The position numbers and the translations under genes were made by a program. This document shows, one piece after another, positions 33,979 through 44,122 of a DNA stretch of 64,000 bases (positions are counted from its first letter, which is position 1; each line of letters starts with the position of its first letter). The stretch covers positions 384,001 to 448,000 of the forward strand of contig CAVWWD010000005.1 of NCBI GenBank assembly GCA_963758635.1, given 5' to 3'. The stretch is from an uncultured Candidatus Rokubacteria bacterium (GTDB taxonomy: Bacteria > Methylomirabilota > Methylomirabilia > Rokubacteriales > CSP1-6). The notes under the pieces were generated by a model, which was not told the origin of the DNA, searched no databases, and saw nothing but the letters and a program-made list of their open reading frames with translations.

Positions 33979-34925
33979 ATCTGCACGCTCAGATAGCGTT
34001 CGCCAGTATCGCACAGCACCGTGACCACGATCCGGTCGGCGGGGAGCCGCTCCGCGACCTGACACGCCGCCCACACGTTCGCGCCCGCCGAGATTCCCAC
34101 CAGGAGGCCTTCCTCGCGCGCGAGCCGGCGCGCGGTGGCCATGGCGTCCTCGTCGCGCACCGCGATGACCTCGTCGAGGACCGAGCGGTTCAGGATGCCG
34201 GGCACGAAGGACGCGCCGATCCCCTGGATGCCGTGGGGGCGAAACTTGCCGCCCGCGAGCACGGGCGAGCGCGCGGGCTCCACGCCGACCACGCGCACGC
34301 CGGGCACGCGCTCCTTCAGGACCTCCCCCACCCCGGTCACGGTGCCGCCGGTGCCCACCGCGGCCACGAACACGTGCAGGCGCCCGTCGGTCGCGTCGAG
34401 GATCTCGAGCGCCGTCGTGCGCCGGTGCGCCTCCGGGTTGGCCGGGTTCTCGAACTGCTGGGGCATGAACCAGTCGGGATGCTCGCGCAGCATCTCCTGG
34501 GCCGCGAACACGGCGCCCGTCATGCCCTCGATGGCCGGGGTGAGATGGATCTCCGCCCCGAACCGCGCGAGCAGGCGCTGGCGCTCCGTGCTCATGTCGT
34601 CGGGCATGGTGAGGATCAGCCGATACCCCTTCACCGCGCACACCATGGCCAGCCCGATCCCGGTGTTGCCGCTGGTGGGCTCGACGACGGTGGCGCCCGG
34701 CTGGAGCGCGCCCCGCCGCTCCGCGTCCTCGATCATCGCGACGGCGATCCGGTCCTTCACGCTGCCCCCGGGGTTGAGCGACTCCATCTTGGCGAGGACG
34801 GCGGCGCCGCCCTCCCGGGGCAGACGGTTGAGCCGCACGAGCGGCGTGCCGCCGACGACCTCGAGGACGGATGCGGCGACCACGGAGCGGCCCTGCCCGA
34901 GTCGTGTCTGTGTCATGCCATCCAT
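33975..34925 (-). CDS. cysK: Cysteine synthase
   Basis: NPGGSVKDR, EPTSGNTGIGLA, QFENPAN, GTGGT, HGIQGIG. Confidence 0.95.
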   Translation of the reverse strand: MDGMTQTRLGQGRSVVAASVLEVVGGTPLVRLNRLPREGGAAVLAKMESLNPGGSVKDRIAVAMIEDAERRGALQPGATVVEPTSGNTGIGLAMVCAVKGYRLILTMPDDMSTERQRLLARFGAEIHLTPAIEGMTGAVFAAQEMLREHPDWFMPQQFENPANPEAHRRTTALEILDATDGRLHVFVAAVGTGGTVTGVGEVLKERVPGVRVVGVEPARSPVLAGGKFRPHGIQGIGASFVPGILNRSVLDEVIAVRDEDAMATARRLAREEGLLVGISAGANVWAACQVAERLPADRIVVTVLCDTGERYLSVQI

Positions 34926-34946
34926 TCCTATCGGGAAGTGAGGAAC
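34924..34946. promoter_or_regulatory. Possible Rrf2-family operator upstream of cysK
   Basis: Imperfect inverted repeat attcctatc-gggaa-gtgaggaac in an AT-richer patch. Confidence 0.3.
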
Positions 34947-35027
34947 GATCGCAAAAAAAGAGCGCTCCCGCGGGACGACCCCACGCGGGAAGGCATCATC
35001 GACGCGGTCGGGCTGAGCTTGGCGATC

Positions 35028-35080
35028 GTTTCCACGGCATTTCCGTATGCGCTCCGCTCGCCTACGACTCGCTTCGCAAA
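35028..35080. repeat. Repeat family C, diverged copy
   Basis: gtttccacggcatttccgtatgcgctccgctcgcct...tcgcaaa; homologs at 51870 and 52987. Confidence 0.8.
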
Positions 35081-35085
35081 TCAGG

Positions 35086-35532
35086 TCAGATGTGGTACAT
35101 GGGCCGGGCCGCGCTCCGCCGGTCCTCGGCGCGGCGCCGCAGATCCTCGAGCGTCACGCGGTCGACCACGGAGGCCACCGCGTCGGCCACCTCGCGCCAG
35201 AGGTCACCGAGCTCGGCGGCCGGATCTCCCCCCGTCGCCCGGCCCCGCGGGCGGAGCACGTCGCCGCCCTCGGGCGCGCCCTCCACCGCCCTCAGGACGT
35301 CCCCGACCGTGATGCGCTCGGGCGAGCGGCCGAGCCGGTAGCCGCCGGCGGAGCCGCGCTTGGACTGCAGCAGGCCTACGCGCTTGAGCTGGAGCAGGAC
35401 CTGCTCGAGGTAGCGCTGCGGGATGCGCTGGCGCGCGGCGATGTCCTGGATGGGCGACAGGGTCTCGCCGTCGTGGAGCGCCAGGTCCAGCAGCGCCCGG
35501 ATGGCGTACTCGCCCTTGGCGGAAACCCTCAC
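35086..35532 (-). CDS. Rrf2-family regulator (CymR-like, no Fe-S cysteines)
   Basis: [29 protein letters not shown]-terminal MYHI; GTG overlaps hemB stop. Confidence 0.9.
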   Translation of the reverse strand: MRVSAKGEYAIRALLDLALHDGETLSPIQDIAARQRIPQRYLEQVLLQLKRVGLLQSKRGSAGGYRLGRSPERITVGDVLRAVEGAPEGGDVLRPRGRATGGDPAAELGDLWREVADAVASVVDRVTLEDLRRRAEDRRSAARPMYHI

Positions 35533-36512
35533 ATGCGTCCGTGCTCGATGACGCGGGCCGCGTCCTTGGCGAAGTACGTGATGATGATGTCGGCCCCGGC
35601 GCGACGGATGCCGGTGAGGGCCTCGATCATGGCCCGCTCCTCGTCGAGCCACCCGAGCTGGCCGGCGGCGCGGATCATCGCGTACTCGCCGGACACGGAG
35701 TACGCGGCCACCGGCATCCCGAAGTCGGCCTTGACCCGGCTGATCACATCGAGGTACGGCAGCGCGGGCTTCACCATGACGATGTCCGCGCCCTCGTCCA
35801 CGTCGAGGGCGACCTCGCGCATGGCCTCCATCGCGTTGGCGGGGTCCATCTGGTAGGCGCGCCGGTCGCCGAACTGGGGGGCGTTGTCCGCCGCCTCCCG
35901 GAACGGCCCGTAGAACGCCGAGGCGTACTTCGCGGAGTACGCGAGGATCGGCGTCTCCTGGTAGCTCGCCTCGTCCAGCGCCTCGCGGATCGCGGCCACG
36001 CGCCCGTCCATCATGTCCGAGGGCGCCACGATGTCCGCGCCCGCCTCCACGTGCGAGACCGCGGTGCGCGCGAGGAGGTCGAGCGTGGGATCGTTCCGCA
36101 CGCGCCCGTCCTCCACCACGCCGCAGTGGCCGTGGCTCGTGTACTCGCACAGGCACACGTCGGTGACCACGAGGAGGTCGGGAATGGTGTCCTTCACCGC
36201 GCGCACCGCCTGCTGGATGATCCCGTCCTCGGCGTACGCCTCGCTGCCGCGCGGGTCCTTCTCGTGGGGCAGGCCGAACAGGAGCACGGCGGGGATCCCC
36301 ATCGAAGCAACGTCCTTGCACTCCTTGAGGAGCTCGTCGATGCTGAGCTGCGCCTGCCCCGGCATCGACGAGATGGGCTCGCGGACCCCGCGGCCGTGGA
36401 CCACGAAGTACGGCATCACGAGGTCGTCCACGGAGAGCGTGGTCTCCCGCACCATCTTGCGCAGCAGCGCCGACTCGCGGAGGCGCCGGGGCCGGTACAC
36501 GGGGAAGGGCAT
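35529..36512 (-). CDS. hemB: Porphobilinogen synthase
   Basis: [26 protein letters not shown]. Confidence 0.97.
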   Translation of the reverse strand: MPFPVYRPRRLRESALLRKMVRETTLSVDDLVMPYFVVHGRGVREPISSMPGQAQLSIDELLKECKDVASMGIPAVLLFGLPHEKDPRGSEAYAEDGIIQQAVRAVKDTIPDLLVVTDVCLCEYTSHGHCGVVEDGRVRNDPTLDLLARTAVSHVEAGADIVAPSDMMDGRVAAIREALDEASYQETPILAYSAKYASAFYGPFREAADNAPQFGDRRAYQMDPANAMEAMREVALDVDEGADIVMVKPALPYLDVISRVKADFGMPVAAYSVSGEYAMIRAAGQLGWLDEERAMIEALTGIRRAGADIIITYFAKDAARVIEHGRM

Positions 36513-36514
36513 GC

Positions 36515-37300
36515 TCAACGTCCTTTCTCTGAGAAGTGATGGGCGATCGCGCCGGCGAGGGCCGGGATCGTGTAGTCCGTGGGCATCACGTGGGTGGCGA
36601 GGCCGTGCTCGGCCGCCGTCGCGCTCGTCACGGGCCCGATGCACGCGACGGTGACGCCGGCCATGAGCCGGCCGAGCTCCTCGCGCGGAAACAGCGCAGC
36701 GAAATGGCGCGCGGTGGAGGAGCTGGTGAAGGTCACCGCGTCCACCTCGCCGCTCCGGAGCGCGGCGCGCACCGCGTCGGCATGCTCGGCCGCCGGGCGC
36801 GTGCGATAGGCCGCCACCTCGTCCACGCGCGCGCCCATGGCCTCGAGCTCGCGGACCAGCAGGTCGCGCGTCTCGGCCGCCCGGGCGAGCAGCACGCGGT
36901 CACCTGCTCCCACCAGGCCGCGGAGCCGCGCGGCCAGGCCCTCGGCGATGAACTCGTCGGGCACGACGTCGGGCGTGAGGTCGAGACGCCGCAGGGCGTC
37001 GGCGGTGGCGGGGCCGATGGCGGCGACGCGCGGCCCGGCGAGCGCGCCGGCGTCCTGGCCGCGCGCGCCGAGGCGGCGCTGGACCATGGCCACGCCGTTG
37101 ACGCTCGTGAAGATCAGCCAGCGGTAGGTGCCAATGGCGTCGAGCGCCTCGTCCAGGGGCTGCCACGAGGCCGGCGGCTCGATGGCGATGGTGGGCAGGG
37201 CCACGACGCGGGCGCCCAGCTCCTCGAGGAGGGCCTGGAACCGGCCCGCCTGCTCGCGCGCGCGCGTGACCAGGACGGTGCGGCCCGTCAGCGGCCCCAT
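36515..37300 (-). CDS. hemD: Uroporphyrinogen-III synthase
   Basis: VLVTRA, FTSVNGV, IGPATA, FTSSST, IGPVT. Confidence 0.92.
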   Translation of the reverse strand: MGPLTGRTVLVTRAREQAGRFQALLEELGARVVALPTIAIEPPASWQPLDEALDAIGTYRWLIFTSVNGVAMVQRRLGARGQDAGALAGPRVAAIGPATADALRRLDLTPDVVPDEFIAEGLAARLRGLVGAGDRVLLARAAETRDLLVRELEAMGARVDEVAAYRTRPAAEHADAVRAALRSGEVDAVTFTSSSTARHFAALFPREELGRLMAGVTVACIGPVTSATAAEHGLATHVMPTDYTIPALAGAIAHHFSEKGR

Positions 37301-37322
37301 CACGTCCGCGGCGCCGCTCCGT

Positions 37323-38240
37323 TCACCGACTCTCAGCAGTGTCCTCCACGATGGCCCGCGCCCCGCGCCCGAGGAGCTCGTCGGCGAGCTCGTATCCGAG
37401 CGCTCTCGGGTTCGCCGGCGATCCCGTGACCGAGGCCGTGAGGACTCTCGAGCCGTCCGGGGTCGCCACCAGGCCGTCCAGGACGAGGGCCTCGCCGCGC
37501 CGGCGCGCCAGCCCCGCCACCGGCGTGTGACAGCCGGCGCCGAGGCGATCGAGGAACGCGCGCTCGGCCTCGGCCTGGATTCGGGTGTCAGTGTGGTCCA
37601 CCCTCGACAGAAGTTCAAGCGCACGCGCGTCGGCGGCGCGGGCCTCCACCGCCACGATGCCTTGCCCGGGCGCGGGCAGGAACGCGTCCACGGGAAGCGG
37701 GCGCGCGCGGTCGAGCCCCGCGTCGAGCCGGCGGAGGCCCGCCATCGCCAGCACCACCGCGTCGTAGAGGCCCTCGTCGAGCTTCCGGAGCCTGGTGTCG
37801 ACGTTGCCCCGGATCGGAGCGACCCGGAGGTCGGGCCGCAACGCCCGCACCGCCACGCTCCGCCGGAGGCTGCCGGTACCCACGACGGAGCCGGCAGGCA
37901 GGTCCGTGAGGGTCCGGCCGTTCCGGCTGACCAGCGCGTCGGCGGGGTCTTCGCGCGGCGGGAACGCGGCGAGGCAGAGGCCCGGGGGCACGGCGCTCGG
38001 CATGTCCTTCAGGCTGTGCACACCGGCGTCCACGCGGCCGTCGAGGATCGCCTCCTCGATGCGCCGGACGAAGAGCCCCTTCCCGCCGAAGTCGGCGAGG
38101 GACGCCTCCGGCATCTCGTCGCCCGACGTCCGGATGATCACCACCTCCACCTCCGCCCCGGCGGCGCGGAGGCCCGCGGCGACCTCCTCCGTCTGGATCA
38201 GGGCGAGCCGGCTGCCGCGTGTGCCGAGCCGGAGCTTCAC
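37323..38240 (-). CDS. hemC: Hydroxymethylbilane synthase
   Basis: GTRGSRLA, GKGLF, VHSLKDMP, RGNVDTRL, GAGCHTPV. Confidence 0.95.
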   Translation of the reverse strand: MKLRLGTRGSRLALIQTEEVAAGLRAAGAEVEVVIIRTSGDEMPEASLADFGGKGLFVRRIEEAILDGRVDAGVHSLKDMPSAVPPGLCLAAFPPREDPADALVSRNGRTLTDLPAGSVVGTGSLRRSVAVRALRPDLRVAPIRGNVDTRLRKLDEGLYDAVVLAMAGLRRLDAGLDRARPLPVDAFLPAPGQGIVAVEARAADARALELLSRVDHTDTRIQAEAERAFLDRLGAGCHTPVAGLARRRGEALVLDGLVATPDGSRVLTASVTGSPANPRALGYELADELLGRGARAIVEDTAESR

Positions 38241-39533
38241 CGTCCCTGCTCCGGGTCGTCCCGGCGGGTGAGGCCGAACAGCTCCGAGATCGTCTCCGTC
38301 CAGCGCCGAGACTGGCCGGCGCGCGTGGAGTCCTTCAGCTTCACGATCGGCGCGTGGAGCACCTTGTTCACGATGGACTGGGACATCTGCTCCAGCACCT
38401 GTCGGGTCTCTGGCGTGGCCCCGGGCAGCCGGGCGAGGGCGCGCTCGAGCTCGGCCTGGCGGATGGACTCGAGCTTGTCCTTGAGCGACACGATGGTGGG
38501 CACCACGTCGAGCTGCCGGAGGCGCGCGGCGAAGCGCGAGACCTCGCGCGCCACCAGCCGCTCCGCCCGCTGGGCTTCGCGCTGGCGCTCCCGCAGGTTG
38601 GACTCGACCACCGCCTGGAGGTCGTCCACGTCGTAGCGGAACACGCCGCCGAGGTCGTTGACCTCGGGCGCCACGTTCCTGGGCACGCCGAGGTCGATGA
38701 GGAAGAGCGGGCGCCGCCCACGCCGCGCGAGGGCGGCCTGCACGTCGGCGATACGCACGATGGGCTCGGGCGCGGCCGTCGACGCGATCACGATGTCCAC
38801 GTCGCCAAGCAGCCGCGCGAAGCGGTCGAAGGGGACGGCGGTGCCGCCCAGCTCGCGCGCGAGCGCCTCCCCGCGCGCCGCCGTGCGGTTGGCCACGTAC
38901 GGCGGCAGCGCGCCGTGCTCGCTCATGTGGCGGGCGGCGAGCTCGGCCATCTCCCCCGCGCCCAGGAAGAGCACGGTCTTGCCCTCGAGGCTCCCGAAGA
39001 TCTTGCGCGCGAGCTCCACCGCCGCGAACGAGAGCGACACCGCGTGCCGGCCGATGCCGGTGTCCGTCCGCACCTTCTTCGCGACGTTGAAGGCCGCGGC
39101 CATGACGGCGTGGAGCACGGTGCCCACGGTGCCGCACGACTGGGCGAGCAGGAACGCGTCCTTCACCTGCCCCGTGATCTGCGGCTCGCCCACCAGCATG
39201 GAGTCCAGGCTGGCGGTGACGCGGAAGATGTGGGCGACCGCGTCCTCCTCGAGCTTCGTGTAGAGGAGCGGCTCGAGCAACGGCCAGCGGCACGCCGCGC
39301 TGCGCGCCGAGCTGGCGGAAGACGGCGGCGCGGGCCTCCGACGGCACGTCGGCCGCGCCGTACACCTCCACGCGGTTGCACGTGGACAGCACCGCGATCT
39401 CGGCGGCCACCCCGCGGCCGACCAGGTCGAGCAGCACCTCGCGGAGCTTGTCCTCTTCCAGCACCAGCCGCTCGCGCACCTCGATCGGCGCGGTGTGGTG
39501 GCTGAGGCCGGCCGCGAAGAGCACCGGGGTCAC
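38237..39533 (-). CDS. hemA: Glutamyl-tRNA reductase (frameshift near 39283)
   Basis: HHTAPIEVRE, STCNRVE, SLDSMLVGEPQI, GAGEM, DLGVPRN. Confidence 0.95.
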
Positions 39534-39648
39534 AGTCCGTGCCTGCCCGTCCTCGGCCAGCCCACGAAGAGCACCGAGGTCACAGTCCGTGCCTGCCCGT
39601 CCCCGGCCAGCCCACGAAGAGCGCCGGGGTCACAGTCCGTGCCTGCCC
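39515..39648. repeat. 50-nt tandem repeat triplicating the ccsA/hemA junction
   Basis: 34-nt block at 39515, 39565 and 39615 separated by a near-identical 16-nt spacer. Confidence 0.95.
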
Positions 39649-40436
39649 CGCATCAGCACGCCCGCGCCGAGCGTGAGCAGCAGCGTGCCGAAGCCCGCCA
39701 CGGCGAACCAGGCGGCGCGCCGCCCCTGCCAGCGTCCGACGGCGCGGCCGGACAGCGTCACCGCGTAGACCAGCCACATGACCACGGAGAAGAGCGCGAG
39801 CGGATCGAGGGAAAACGGCGCGCCCCCGAGGTGCCGCGACCACACGATGCCGAGGACGATGCCCGCGGTGAGGAACGGAAAGCCCACGGTGAGTGTCCGG
39901 TAGGTCAGCCGGTCGAGGGTCTCGAGCGAGGGCAGCCGGTAGTACCACGTGCCGGGCCGCTTGGCCTTGAGCTGGCGCTCCTGCAGGAGGTACATGAGGG
40001 CCCCCGCGAAGTTCACGACGAGGGCGGCGAGCCCCACCAGGGCGAGGCTCACGTGGGCGACGGTCCAGAGCGCGGGCGCCGTGGGCGGGAGCGCGATGGC
40101 GCGGAGCCCCGTGGGCAGGAGCAGTCCCAGGACCAGGACCACCGGCAGCACGAATACGCCAAGCACGCGGGCGTGGTAGCGGCGCTCGGCCCACAGAAGC
40201 CACGCCACCAGGGTCCAGATCATGATCGACACCGCCTCGGCGAGGCTCAGGATCGGCGGCCGGCCCGTCTCCACCCACCGGATGGCCAGCGAGACCGTGT
40301 GGCAGACCCATCCCGCCCCTGCCACCAGGTCCACGAACGGCATGAGCCCCTCGCGGCGCCCGGCCAGGGACGCCGCGGCGGCCACCGCGGCCAGGATGTA
40401 GGCGGTGAGGGCAACGTCGAACAGGACGGCGTTCAT
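39630..40436 (-). CDS. Cytochrome c assembly protein, CcsA/HemX-like
   Basis: Multi-TM; HV, MYLLQERQLK, RLPSLETLD, GRRAAW; adjacent to hemA. Confidence 0.85.
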   Translation of the reverse strand: MNAVLFDVALTAYILAAVAAAASLAGRREGLMPFVDLVAGAGWVCHTVSLAIRWVETGRPPILSLAEAVSIMIWTLVAWLLWAERRYHARVLGVFVLPVVLVLGLLLPTGLRAIALPPTAPALWTVAHVSLALVGLAALVVNFAGALMYLLQERQLKAKRPGTWYYRLPSLETLDRLTYRTLTVGFPFLTAGIVLGIVWSRHLGGAPFSLDPLALFSVVMWLVYAVTLSGRAVGRWQGRRAAWFAVAGFGTLLLTLGAGVLMRGRHGL

Positions 40437-41317
40437 GACGCGGGCGACGCGCCCCCGGCCGCGTCGTCGAGGAGGTGAGCCAGGGACGGCGTGGGACGGC
40501 GGTAGCCCCGGCTCATCGCGCGCACATCGAGGTCGGGCGTGCTCCAGTCCTCCACGAGCGCCGAGCCCGCGGTGAAGCGCCGCCGGCGGTCCACGCCCTT
40601 GAGGTAGCTCCGGCACGACCGGCAGGCCTCGACGATGTCGCCGTCCTCCAGGGTCTCGTCGGTGAGGGCCACCACGGCTCCCGGCTCGACCGTACCGCAG
40701 AACGCGCAGCCCGGAGCCGCCGCCGCCCACGCGCCACCGCACAGGTGACAGGACAGCCGGCGCCGGCCGCCGGCCACCAGCTCCACGAAGGCCGGCGGAC
40801 CGCCACACCACGGGCAGGGGCGCGCCGGCCAGACTCCCTCGGGCATGGCGCGCACGCGCGAGAAGTACGCGTCGAGTCCCGGGCGGAGGCCGGCCTGAGC
40901 GAGGAACGAGAGGATCGGCGCGGGCACGCCGATGCGCTCCTCGATGGAAGCAGGCCCCCCCTTGCCCGCGCCGAGGAACAGGTCGCCGGGTCCGAGGCCG
41001 CCCGCGTCCCAGGTCTCCGCGAAGCGCCGGAGCGCGTCCAGGTGCCCCGCCGCGGCCAGTCGTTCGAGGACGGGTCCGATCTGCGCGTCGAGCGCCTCGC
41101 GCGCGAGATCGGGCGGGGCTTCCACGATCAGGGGGACACCGCGCTCCCAGCGCTCGCGGCACTGGCTCGCCGTCCATGCGAGCGGCGCGAGCGACGCGGC
41201 CGGCCAGGTCAGCCAGCCGTCGAGGATGGGCGTCCAGAACGCGAGGGCCCTGGCGCGCGCGGGACGCCGAGCGAGCGCCCGATCCCATTCCGCGCGGAGC
41301 TCGGCGAGATCGGTCAC
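40433..41317 (-). CDS. fdhE: Formate dehydrogenase accessory protein FdhE
   Basis: Four CxxC pairs (CPWC, CHLC, CAFC, CRSCRSYLK), LD...GY tail. Confidence 0.85.
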   Translation of the reverse strand: MTDLAELRAEWDRALARRPARARALAFWTPILDGWLTWPAASLAPLAWTASQCRERWERGVPLIVEAPPDLAREALDAQIGPVLERLAAAGHLDALRRFAETWDAGGLGPGDLFLGAGKGGPASIEERIGVPAPILSFLAQAGLRPGLDAYFSRVRAMPEGVWPARPCPWCGGPPAFVELVAGGRRRLSCHLCGGAWAAAAPGCAFCGTVEPGAVVALTDETLEDGDIVEACRSCRSYLKGVDRRRRFTAGSALVEDWSTPDLDVRAMSRGYRRPTPSLAHLLDDAAGGASPAS

Positions 41318-42099
41318 GGGGCGCTCGCCGCCGGGGCGAGCGACGCGGGCGCGTCGAGGTCGAGCGCGGTGCCCGCGTAGCAGTTCAGGCCGTCCGAGCG
41401 CACGTAGCCGGCGACGGTGACGCCGAGCTGCTCGGCGAGGGTCACCGCCATCTCGGTGGGTGAGGTGCGCGACGCCACCAGGGGGACCCCCATGCGGCTG
41501 GCCTTCAGAAGCATCTCGGACGAGATGCGGCCGGTGGAGAGGAGGATGCGGTCCTCGGTGGGGATGCCGCGCAGGAGCGCCTCGCCCTTGATCTTGTCCA
41601 CCGCGTTGTGGCGCCCCACGTCCTCCGCGACGATCAGGAGGCGCTCGCCGTCGGACAGCGCGGCGCCGTGGATGCCGCGCGAGGCGCGGTAGTGCTCGCA
41701 CGCGGCCTGGAGATCGCGGACGCGCGCGCAGACGTCGTCCGGGCGCACGCGGAGCGTCGAGCGCAGGCGGGGGAACAGGCGGGGATCGATGCGGAAGGTG
41801 ATCCCGCCCCCGCAGCCGGAGGTGAGGATGCGCTCCGTCGGCAGCGTGACCGGCGCGGCGAGCCGCACGTCGGCGCGCCCGTCCACCTCGGAGACGTCCA
41901 GGGACACGATGTCGTGAAGGCCGGAGATCACCTTCTCCATCCAGAGATACCCGAGGACCAGCGGCTCGAGCGAAAAGGGCGAGCACAGGAGCGTGAGGAA
42001 CCGCTCGCCGTCGACGTAGACCGTGAGCGGCTGCTCGCCGACGACCTCGGCGGTGACCTCGCGAACGCTCCCGTTCCGGAGCGAGACGTACGTGCGCAT
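41314..42099 (-). CDS. fdhD: Formate dehydrogenase accessory sulfurtransferase FdhD
   Basis: TSGCG, EDVGRHNAVDK, GRISSEM. Confidence 0.92.
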   Translation of the reverse strand: MRTYVSLRNGSVREVTAEVVGEQPLTVYVDGERFLTLLCSPFSLEPLVLGYLWMEKVISGLHDIVSLDVSEVDGRADVRLAAPVTLPTERILTSGCGGGITFRIDPRLFPRLRSTLRVRPDDVCARVRDLQAACEHYRASRGIHGAALSDGERLLIVAEDVGRHNAVDKIKGEALLRGIPTEDRILLSTGRISSEMLLKASRMGVPLVASRTSPTEMAVTLAEQLGVTVAGYVRSDGLNCYAGTALDLDAPASLAPAASAP

Positions 42100-42176
42100 G
42101 CGCCTATCGTGCCCGCGCGCCCGCGCGAAAAGCAAGGGTCCCCCGCCGAGACGGCGCCGCGCTCGGCCGTGTCCGC

Positions 42177-42920
42177 TCACGCGGCGGGATAGAGCACCCT
42201 CACCAGGACGAGCCCGTGCGCGGGCGCCGTGGGCCCGGCCCGGCCACGGTCGCGGCCCTCGAGGACCTCGGCGAGCCAGGGGGCGGGCCGGGCCCCGCGG
42301 CCCACCTCGACCAGGCTGCCGACGACGTTGCGCACCATGTGGTGCAGGAAGGCATCGGCCGAGAGCAGCACGGCCAGACGATCGCGGCGCGCGATCACGC
42401 GGAGCGAGCGCACGGTGCAGATCGGGCTCCGCTCGCGGCCGGGCGCCGCGCAGAAGGCGGAGAAGTCGTGCTTGCCGAGGAGCGCGGGCAGCGCCGTGCG
42501 CATGGAGACGGCGTCCAGCCGGTACGGCGCGTGCCAGGCGTGGCGCCGGAGGAAGGGGTCGGCCACGGCGCCGCGGTCGATCAGGTAGAGGTACCGCTTG
42601 CCCAGCGCGGAGCGGCGCGCGTCGAACCCGTCGGGCGCGAGCCGGGCGTCGACGACGCGGATCGACGCGGGCAGGAGCGCGTTCAGGGCGCGGCCCAGCC
42701 GCGCCGGCTCGAGACGGATCGGGCCGGTGACGCTCGCGACCTGGCGCAGCGCATGGACGCCCGCGTCGGTCCGGCTCGCCCCCACGACCGTGACGGGCGC
42801 GCCGACGATGCGGGCGCACGTGGCGGCGAGGCATCCCTGCACGGTGGGGCGGTCGGGCTGGACCTGCCAGCCGTGAAAGTCGGCGCCCTCGTAAGCCAGC
42901 GTGAGCCGGACGACGGGCAC
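42177..42920 (-). CDS. truA: tRNA pseudouridine(38-40) synthase
   Basis: GWQVQ, SRTDAGVHA, HDFSAF, FLHHMVR. Confidence 0.95.
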   Translation of the reverse strand: MPVVRLTLAYEGADFHGWQVQPDRPTVQGCLAATCARIVGAPVTVVGASRTDAGVHALRQVASVTGPIRLEPARLGRALNALLPASIRVVDARLAPDGFDARRSALGKRYLYLIDRGAVADPFLRRHAWHAPYRLDAVSMRTALPALLGKHDFSAFCAAPGRERSPICTVRSLRVIARRDRLAVLLSADAFLHHMVRNVVGSLVEVGRGARPAPWLAEVLEGRDRGRAGPTAPAHGLVLVRVLYPAA

Positions 42921-42925
42921 CGCGG

Positions 42926-43034
42926 GCTCAGCCGTTGTGAACGAACGCGGATTTCGGCTTGTCCAAGCGGCCTAACATCGCGCTTCCGCGGACACGCGGC
43001 ATGCCAGCTCGCCGTTCATGGCCGATCGCTCAGC
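42926..43034. repeat. Repeat family A, diverged copy
   Basis: gttgtgaacgaacgcggatttcg...ctcgccgttcat aligns with the 8327 unit; gctcagc direct repeats exactly 102 nt apart. Confidence 0.8.
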
Positions 43035-44035
43035 GCAGCAGGAGCTCGGCGATCTGGATCCCGTTCAGCGCGGCGCCCTTGCGGAGCTGGTCGCCCACCA
43101 CCCAGAAGTTGAGCGTGTTCGGGTGGGAGAGGTCCTGGCGGATGCGGCCCACGAAGCAGTCGTCCTGGCCCTCGACGACGACCGGCATCGGGTAGCGGCC
43201 CTGGGCCGGATCGTCCCACACGGAGAGGCCCGGGAACGCCGCGAACGCCTCGCGCGCCTCGGCGGGCGACACCGCGCGCTCGGTCTCCGCGTTGACGGCC
43301 ACGGAGTGGGCGGTGAACACGGGCACGCGCACTGTGGTGGGCGACATCGCGAGGTCCGGCAGCTCGAGGATCTTCCGCGCCTCGTTGACCAGCTTCATCT
43401 CCTCGCCGGTGTAGCCGTTGTCGCCGAACGCGTCGATGTGCGGGATCACGTTGAACGCGATCTGGTGCTGGAAGTGCCGTGGCACCGGCCTCTCTCCGCG
43501 CGCCCACGCGAGCGTCTGGCTCCGGAGCTCCTCCACGCCGTTGACGCCCGCCCCCGACACCGCCTGGTAGCTGGTCGCGACCACCCGCCGGAGCCCGCCC
43601 GCCGCGTGGAGCGGCCGGAGCGGCATGACCGTCACGATGGTCGTGCAGTTCGGGCAGGCGATGATGCCGCGATGGCCCGCCACCGCGTGGCCGTTGATCT
43701 CCGGCACCACCAGCGGCACCGACGGGTCCATGCGGAACGCGCTGGACTTGTCGACCACGACCGCGCCCGCCCGCACCGCCACCGGCGCGTACTCGCGCGA
43801 CTGGGCCGACCCGGCCGAGAACAGCGCGATGTCCACGCCGCGGAATGCGTCGGGCCCGATCGCCTCCACCGCGGAGCGTCTCGCCGGCGAACGTGACCGA
43901 CTTGCCCACCGACCGGGCCGAGGCGTAGACGCGCAGCTCGCGCACCGGGAACTTCCGCTCCTCGAGGAGCTTGAGCGTGGTCTGGCCGACCGCGCCCGTC
44001 GCCCCGACCACCGCCACCCGCGCGCCCGCGGCCAC
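43030..44035 (-). CDS. asd: Aspartate-semialdehyde dehydrogenase (frameshift near 43875)
   Basis: VVGATGAVG, PNCTT, SYQAVSGAG, RVPVF, DQLRKGAALN. Confidence 0.95.
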
Positions 44036-44039
44036 GGTC

Positions 44040-44122
44040 CTAATGACCCTCGCAGAATGCGGTAGCCGGCGACGGACTCTACCGTCCCACCGCTCGGCGT
44101 GAGTCTGATGCGCGGGGCTCAC
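44040..44122. repeat. Repeat family B, copy 2 (inverted)
   Basis: Reverse complement matches 33896-33978. Confidence 0.9.
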
